34,624 nucleotides of DNA, taken from contig JWZX01003242.1 of NCBI GenBank assembly GCA_001275005.1, positions 1 through 34,624 on the forward strand, read 5' to 3'. The notes beneath the pieces are model-generated. The model saw only the letters and a program-made list of their open reading frames with translations. It was not told where the DNA came from and did not search any database. The stretch is from Chrysochromulina tobinii (Eukaryota). This document shows, piece by piece, positions 30,147-34,624 of the stretch. Numbering within the stretch: position 1 is the first letter of the stretch; each line of letters opens with the position of its first letter. The translations under genes were made by a program, and so were the position numbers.

Positions 30147-30866
30147 ATGTCAACGGCGGTGTCAGCAGATTGGGTTGTGGAGGAGGTCGTCGGGGCCACA
30201 CTTTTCGATCAGCTTGCCGCTGCTCGTGCGGAAGCCGCGGCCGCTCGTGCCGAGGCTGAGGCATGGAAGCAGCGCGCATTCACTGCGGAGGCACAGCTTG
30301 AGACGAACAACAGCGAGGTGCGCCGACATCAGGAGTGCATCGCCACGCTGCGTGCGGCCCGATGGAGCTCGCTGCCCATAGCGGCTGCCGCCGCGACCGA
30401 GGCTACGGCAACGCACTTGAGCGAGCACGCGCGGCAACTTTGCGAACTATCGATTCTCTCCGGCGAGCTTTTGCACACTGAGCAATCTCTGCAAGACGCC
30501 AGTTTGGCGGCGATGCAGTTGGGTGTCAAGGCGGAAGAGTATTTGCAGATGCTTGCTGCCGTGGCGACGACTTCGGCTTTTGTGGCGCCCGCATCGAGGC
30601 GATCTCAGCGAGGCGGCCCGGAGCAGTCTCTGCAAGATGCCAGTCCCAGTTTGGCAGCGATGCAGTTCTGTGGCAAGGCGGAGGAGTGCTTGGCTGCCCT
30701 GACGAATTCGGCTTCGGTGGCGCCCGCACCGAGGCGATCTCAGCGAGGCTCCGCCGTGCTACGGGAGACGAATTCTGCGAAGCTGCAGAGCTACATGGCC
30801 GACGCTCTCGCGCAGCGGCCCACGCCCACCATGGCCTACGCGCCCACCAAGCAGAAACTCAGGTAA
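30147..30866 (+). CDS. Hypothetical coiled-coil protein with an internal ~45-aa duplication
   Basis: ATG at 30147, an Ala/Glu-rich heptad region, and EQSLQDAS..LAAMQ...KAEE.L.....VAPA.RRSQRG present twice (30480-30614 and 30621-30749). No known domain recognised. Confidence 0.5.
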   Translation: MSTAVSADWVVEEVVGATLFDQLAAARAEAAAARAEAEAWKQRAFTAEAQLETNNSEVRRHQECIATLRAARWSSLPIAAAAATEATATHLSEHARQLCELSILSGELLHTEQSLQDASLAAMQLGVKAEEYLQMLAAVATTSAFVAPASRRSQRGGPEQSLQDASPSLAAMQFCGKAEECLAALTNSASVAPAPRRSQRGSAVLRETNSAKLQSYMADALAQRPTPTMAYAPTKQKLR

Positions 30867-30895
30867 TAAGCAGAAACTGCTTGGTGGGCGCGTAG
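30836..30895. mobile_element. 60-bp miniature inverted-repeat element
   Basis: Perfect 19-bp inverted repeat CTACGCGCCCACCAAGCAG (30836-30854) / CTGCTTGGTGGGCGCGTAG (30877-30895). AGCAGAAAC units occur inside it and again at ~30910-30940. Confidence 0.6.
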
Positions 30896-31119
30896 AAACT
30901 CTGCTCACCAAGCAGCAAACAGCAGAAACCAGCAGAAACTAGCGCGTCCGACTCAGCATGAAATAGGGAGTCCTGTGTAGCATATGAATATATGTACTCA
31001 AAATCGCCGTATCTTTCGAAGTGCCCGTTGTAGCGCCGCGCCCTTTTGTTTTCGCTCGAACGATATCTCTCGAAGCCCGACATTCACGCGCGCCCAACCC
31101 CGTTCGTGGCTGATCATAT

Positions 31120-32398
31120 ATGCTGACAGCGCCAATCACAGTGCTGGCCAAAGCCCTCGACGAGCGTGTGAACTTGAAGCGCGTCCATCGGAAACTGCAA
31201 GCAGTCGCCAGAGTCATGATCGTCATCACTTTCCTTGAGGATGCATTGCGCTGCCTACTCACCTTCTCTGTTCAGCAGCAGTCGATGCGGATCGCCGGCT
31301 GGCAAGGCGAGTTTTGGCACACTGCGCTGCCGTGCGCCTCCGTCGCGGTGCAGTCGTCTGGCAGCCTGCTGATTGCGCTGCCCATCAGCACGAGCAGCTC
31401 GTGGCATGGCCGGATCGGCTGCTTCATTCTGCTGGGCTGGTGCTGCTTCCATCCATTCATGTACCACCAGCAGACCAACTGGGAGTTCGTGCTCGAAACG
31501 TGCACCATCATCGGTGGCCTGCTGATCCTGCTCTCGCACTACATGTTGCTCGCTGCCGCTGCCGCCGCTGCTTCGAGGCTGCTAGATGGCAAACGCATAA
31601 CGCTGCTTCCGGCGAAGGCGGTAGGGCCGGTGGTCGCCGAGGATGACCCCCTCGGCAAGCGAGCCCATGCCACGCAGGCCGTCGGCCGCGTGCTCATCTG
31701 CGCCGTCTTCATCTACTACGCCTTTGGGCGTGTCCATGGCTACGTTGCGCGCTCGCTCTCGGAGCTCGGCAATGCAGACGTGCTCACGCCGATTGCGCAG
31801 GGTGCTTCGATCATAGCTCTGCTGTACGCATGCTCGCTGCTCATCGTCGGCATCAAGTCGCGTGGCGTGGCACTGCTCCTCGCGCTCGCCATGCTCCTCT
31901 TGGCCGCGTATAACCACCCGTTCTGGTGGTATCTCACGTGCGTGCACCCCGCCGGTAGAACGCGCCCGCTGCAGCGCCCGCCCCACGCCAACCGCCGTCA
32001 AAACCTCCTCACAGCTCCGTCAAAACCTCCTCACAGCTCCGTCAAAACCTCCTCACAGCTCCGTCAAAACCTCCTCACAGCTCCGTCAAAACCTCCTCAC
32101 AGCTCCGTCAAAACCTCCTCACAGCTCCGTCAAAACCTCCTCACAGCTTGACCAGCCGCACGCGTTGCGCTGTGGCAGGTATCTGCGCACTGATCGAACC
32201 TTCAAGATGGAGGGCGTCGCGTACATGGAAGGTTTCGAAGTGGACGCGTTCACAATGGCGGACCATCAGCGATACTTCTTCTTCCAGTCCGTCTCGACGG
32301 TGGGCGCCCTCCTCTTGCTCGTAGTGCATGGGCCGGGGAGGCTCTCTATGGATGAGCAACAGGGCAAGCTCGTGCTCATCACCACTCACGACGCGTGA
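31120..32398 (+). CDS. SURF4: SURF4/Erv29-family ER cargo receptor; intron ~31938-32178
   Basis: ARVMIVITFLEDALR, IIGGLLILL, GRVL and the C-terminal YFFFQSVSTVGALLLLVVHGPGRLSMDE are SURF4 hallmarks. An intron GTGCGT..GGCAG restores the frame; an alternative donor a few nt upstream is possible. Confidence 0.85.
31995..32148. repeat. Intronic minisatellite, 7 perfect copies of CCGTCAAAACCTCCTCACAGCT (22 bp)
   Basis: Counted directly: 7 x 22 = 154 bp, head-to-tail with no spacers. Confidence 0.95.
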
Positions 32399-33077
32399 TG
32401 CAGAGGCGTGCACGATCTTAAGCACGATCGCACCGGACAGAGTGCCCCGGCACGAGGCGCGCACATGGGCCAGCGAGCAGCGACGTCTTGCGCGGAGTGC
32501 CGCGCCGTTTAGGACGGCGCTGGTCGCAGCGTCTGTGCGTCTCCGTGCGAGATGCGACTCGCCGCTCTCCCGCCGGCTTCGCCAGGCCGGTTGTGCCGGT
32601 GCAAAAAGCGGCCCCAAGCCCTACCTTTCGGCGCGCGCCGTCCGAACGTCCGATGTGGGTTGTGGCGATGGACCCAGGTCGCGGGCATAGAATAGAAACA
32701 TGTGGCAGAGATTATCACTACCCAAAGTCGCCGCCCCCCCCTCCCCGGACGTGCGCGCCGTGCTGCCACTTGCAGCTGCTCGCAGGCTCCGTCACGCGCC
32801 CCGGTCCCCTCGCAGGCCGCACGCCGTGGCAGTCGAGCACGTCGGGCCTCGCGGCGCTACGGCTTTACCGTCAGAGATACGCACTCACACCATGCCCGGC
32901 GCTCTGCTGAAATAGCCCGATCGGATGCAGACGCGAAGCCGTTAAGCGCGCTTACAAGATCAGAGGCTGCCAGCTCATGAGAGGCTCAACGGCCGAGTTG
33001 AGCCTGCCGCAAGCCGCACGAAGTCGCATGGGATCGAGGCTTCGCGACGCTCGAGGCTGATCGAGCGGCTTCAGTCT

Positions 33078-33698
33078 CTACTGGTACGGCGCAAACTTCA
33101 CGTCCACGTCGAGCTTGTCGCCCATCTCATAAAACTCCTTCTCGACGGTGAGGATGTCGGGCTTTTTGCCTGGAGGGTGCATAAGGACTGCAACGGCCGT
33201 GAAGACATCGTCGCCGTCGGGGCTCTGCCTCTGGTGCGTCCGCAGTGACGCGAACGAGAAACCGCGGCTCTTGATGTGGTCCGAAATCTGCGCGATGAGG
33301 CCATACTCTTTATTGGCCTTGATATCAAGCTTGCAGAAGACCATGTTGCGCTCCGATTTGGCGGGGCGAATGCCAGTCACATAGTTTGGCATCGCTGTCT
33401 GCAAGTTGTTCGAGAACTCGGCGACAAGCGAATGGTCCTCGTCGGGGAGGAAGACCACCGCTGACATAGTGAAGGTGCCACTGACAGTGACAGCTCGCGA
33501 GCCGCCAATGGTCCCGCCCACGCCGAGCACTACTCGGGTGAAGTCGGTGAGCACGCCCTCGCGGTCCGGTCCGAACGCGGTGGCGACGATCTTCGTGCTC
33601 ATATCGCGCACGATCGGACGTGTCGTCTCGATCGGTCGGCGCGCCGCAGCAAGCAGAGGGGACCGAAGGAACGCTGATCGCCTGAGGAGAGACGCCAT
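33078..33698 (-). CDS. Two-ACT-domain protein resembling bacterial GcvR, with a predicted mitochondrial transit peptide
   Basis: IVATAFGPDREGVLTDFTRVV...GGTIGGSR....GTFTM matches the first ACT domain of GcvR-type proteins, and LDIKANKEYGLIAQISDHI begins a second. The Arg/Ser/Leu-rich presequence is MASLLRRSAFLRSPLLAAARR. Confidence 0.7.
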   Translation of the reverse strand: MASLLRRSAFLRSPLLAAARRPIETTRPIVRDMSTKIVATAFGPDREGVLTDFTRVVLGVGGTIGGSRAVTVSGTFTMSAVVFLPDEDHSLVAEFSNNLQTAMPNYVTGIRPAKSERNMVFCKLDIKANKEYGLIAQISDHIKSRGFSFASLRTHQRQSPDGDDVFTAVAVLMHPPGKKPDILTVEKEFYEMGDKLDVDVKFAPYQ

Positions 33699-33824
33699 TT
33701 CCCTCGCTGCTCTTTTCTTCGGTCTCAACTTCGCACGATTACGGTCCATCCCGCCGCAGAAGGTTCTCAAGTTTCTGCGAGCTGCTGCAAGTTTCTCAAG
33801 GGCTTACGGCCCCCACGGCTTACC

Positions 33825-34622
33825 TCACGCCTCATTCGGCGTGAACCACACCAAGCTGAAGCGCTCGCCCTCAAAGGGCAACGTCCAGTGGCGCTGCCGC
33901 CAGCCGTCGAACTGTAACGGCTTGTACCGGATGTCGGACGGCTCGCCCTCGACGACCAGCTCGCCTCCGCTGTAGTCGCCCAAGCCAACGATGAGGGAGG
34001 TCGACTGTCCGAACCCTGAGCCCGCGTCCGTGTGCGGCCGGAAGAGCGCGCGCCGGTTGACCGCGACTCTCGTCGAGGGCGGGCGATCGGGCAGGAGGGC
34101 ACGCTCGAGTTCAAAGGTGGCGTGCACGAGCTCCTCGAAAAGCGCATTCCCGCGCGTGGTCGCGTGCCACGTCGTCGTGCCCTCCTTGCAGCCATGCTCG
34201 CCCTCCCGCGCCTTCCCAGGCGCTAGCAACGAGAAGGACCCTCCCGTGTTCGGATCCTCCACGCTCAGGATGCGCGCGCGCGCGAGGCTCGTAGACGGCC
34301 ACTGGCCGCTGCGATCGGCGAGCCGGAGGAGCCGCAGCACGTCAGCGTACACCGCGGGCGCATATGTGAGCGACTTTTCACGGGAGTCGCCATGCTCGTC
34401 GCCATGCTCGTCGCCATGCTCATCGTCGGCGGCTGCATCCCCTCCGGCGGTGTGAAGGGCGGTGAGCGCGCCCGAGGCCGCCAGCGAGGCCGCAACACTC
34501 CCGAGGCGTTCGGCCAGTCCAAGGCGCTCGGCGGTACGCAGGATGGCCGGACAGGTATGCCGCTCGCTCTCTTCGAGCCACGCCTGGGTCACCGCTTCGG
34601 TGGCGATGGGAGAGCTCGCAAT
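33825..34622 (-). CDS. 2OG-Fe(II) dioxygenase-fold protein, TET/JBP-like pattern (5' partial)
   Basis: HxD in RPHTD, LGDYSGGELVV, a distal His in FDGWRQRH and an RxS in ERFSLVWF. The frame stays open to the window end. Confidence 0.7.
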   Translation of the reverse strand: MASSPIATEAVTQAWLEESERHTCPAILRTAERLGLAERLGSVAASLAASGALTALHTAGGDAAADDEHGDEHGDEHGDSREKSLTYAPAVYADVLRLLRLADRSGQWPSTSLARARILSVEDPNTGGSFSLLAPGKAREGEHGCKEGTTTWHATTRGNALFEELVHATFELERALLPDRPPSTRVAVNRRALFRPHTDAGSGFGQSTSLIVGLGDYSGGELVVEGEPSDIRYKPLQFDGWRQRHWTLPFEGERFSLVWFTPNEA

Positions 34623-34624
34623 GC

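Noticed and set aside
31995..32148. Possible CRISPR array
   Set aside because: The units are head-to-tail with no spacers, lie in a spliceosomal intron, and there are no cas genes.
32400..33070. Several short overlapping ORFs between SURF4 and the ACT gene
   Set aside because: No codon bias, domain or splice pattern supports them; probably convergent 3' UTRs.

Overview
GC-rich, gene-dense eukaryotic nuclear DNA with short GT-AG introns. It most likely comes from an alga with a complex red plastid, probably a haptophyte; this is inferred from a bipartite signal+transit peptide with an SAF motif, the GC content and the gene families. About 17 protein-coding genes are supported: five glycosyltransferase-like genes (VALLITGHLR/RLRFD-type, GT47 exostosin, GT77 XEG113-like, CAP59/GT69-like, GT8), a predicted plastid-targeted double-fasciclin, a Myb + Cys/His-knuckle factor, a SAP-domain AP endonuclease, eIF5B, an SGNH hydrolase, a three-repeat unknown protein, mitochondrial uL11, a C-type lectin membrane protein, CCR4, SURF4, a GcvR-like ACT protein and a TET/JBP-like 2OG-Fe(II) oxygenase. 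There is also one partial gene and one weaker hypothetical ORF. The standout is a ~2,100-aa eIF5B whose N-terminal extension carries a PheRS-beta-type tRNA-binding OB fold, three SAM-like domains and repeated FDFG/poly-Lys boxes. It is interrupted by three single-base frame breaks that are probably assembly errors. Non-coding highlights are a recurrent GTGTCCCGGCTCCCCCCGGTGTCTTT motif, a GATAC/GTATC foldback element, a 60-bp inverted-repeat element and an intronic 22-bp minisatellite. I found no rRNA, tRNA or CRISPR array. All family calls come from reading motifs by eye, not from database searches.
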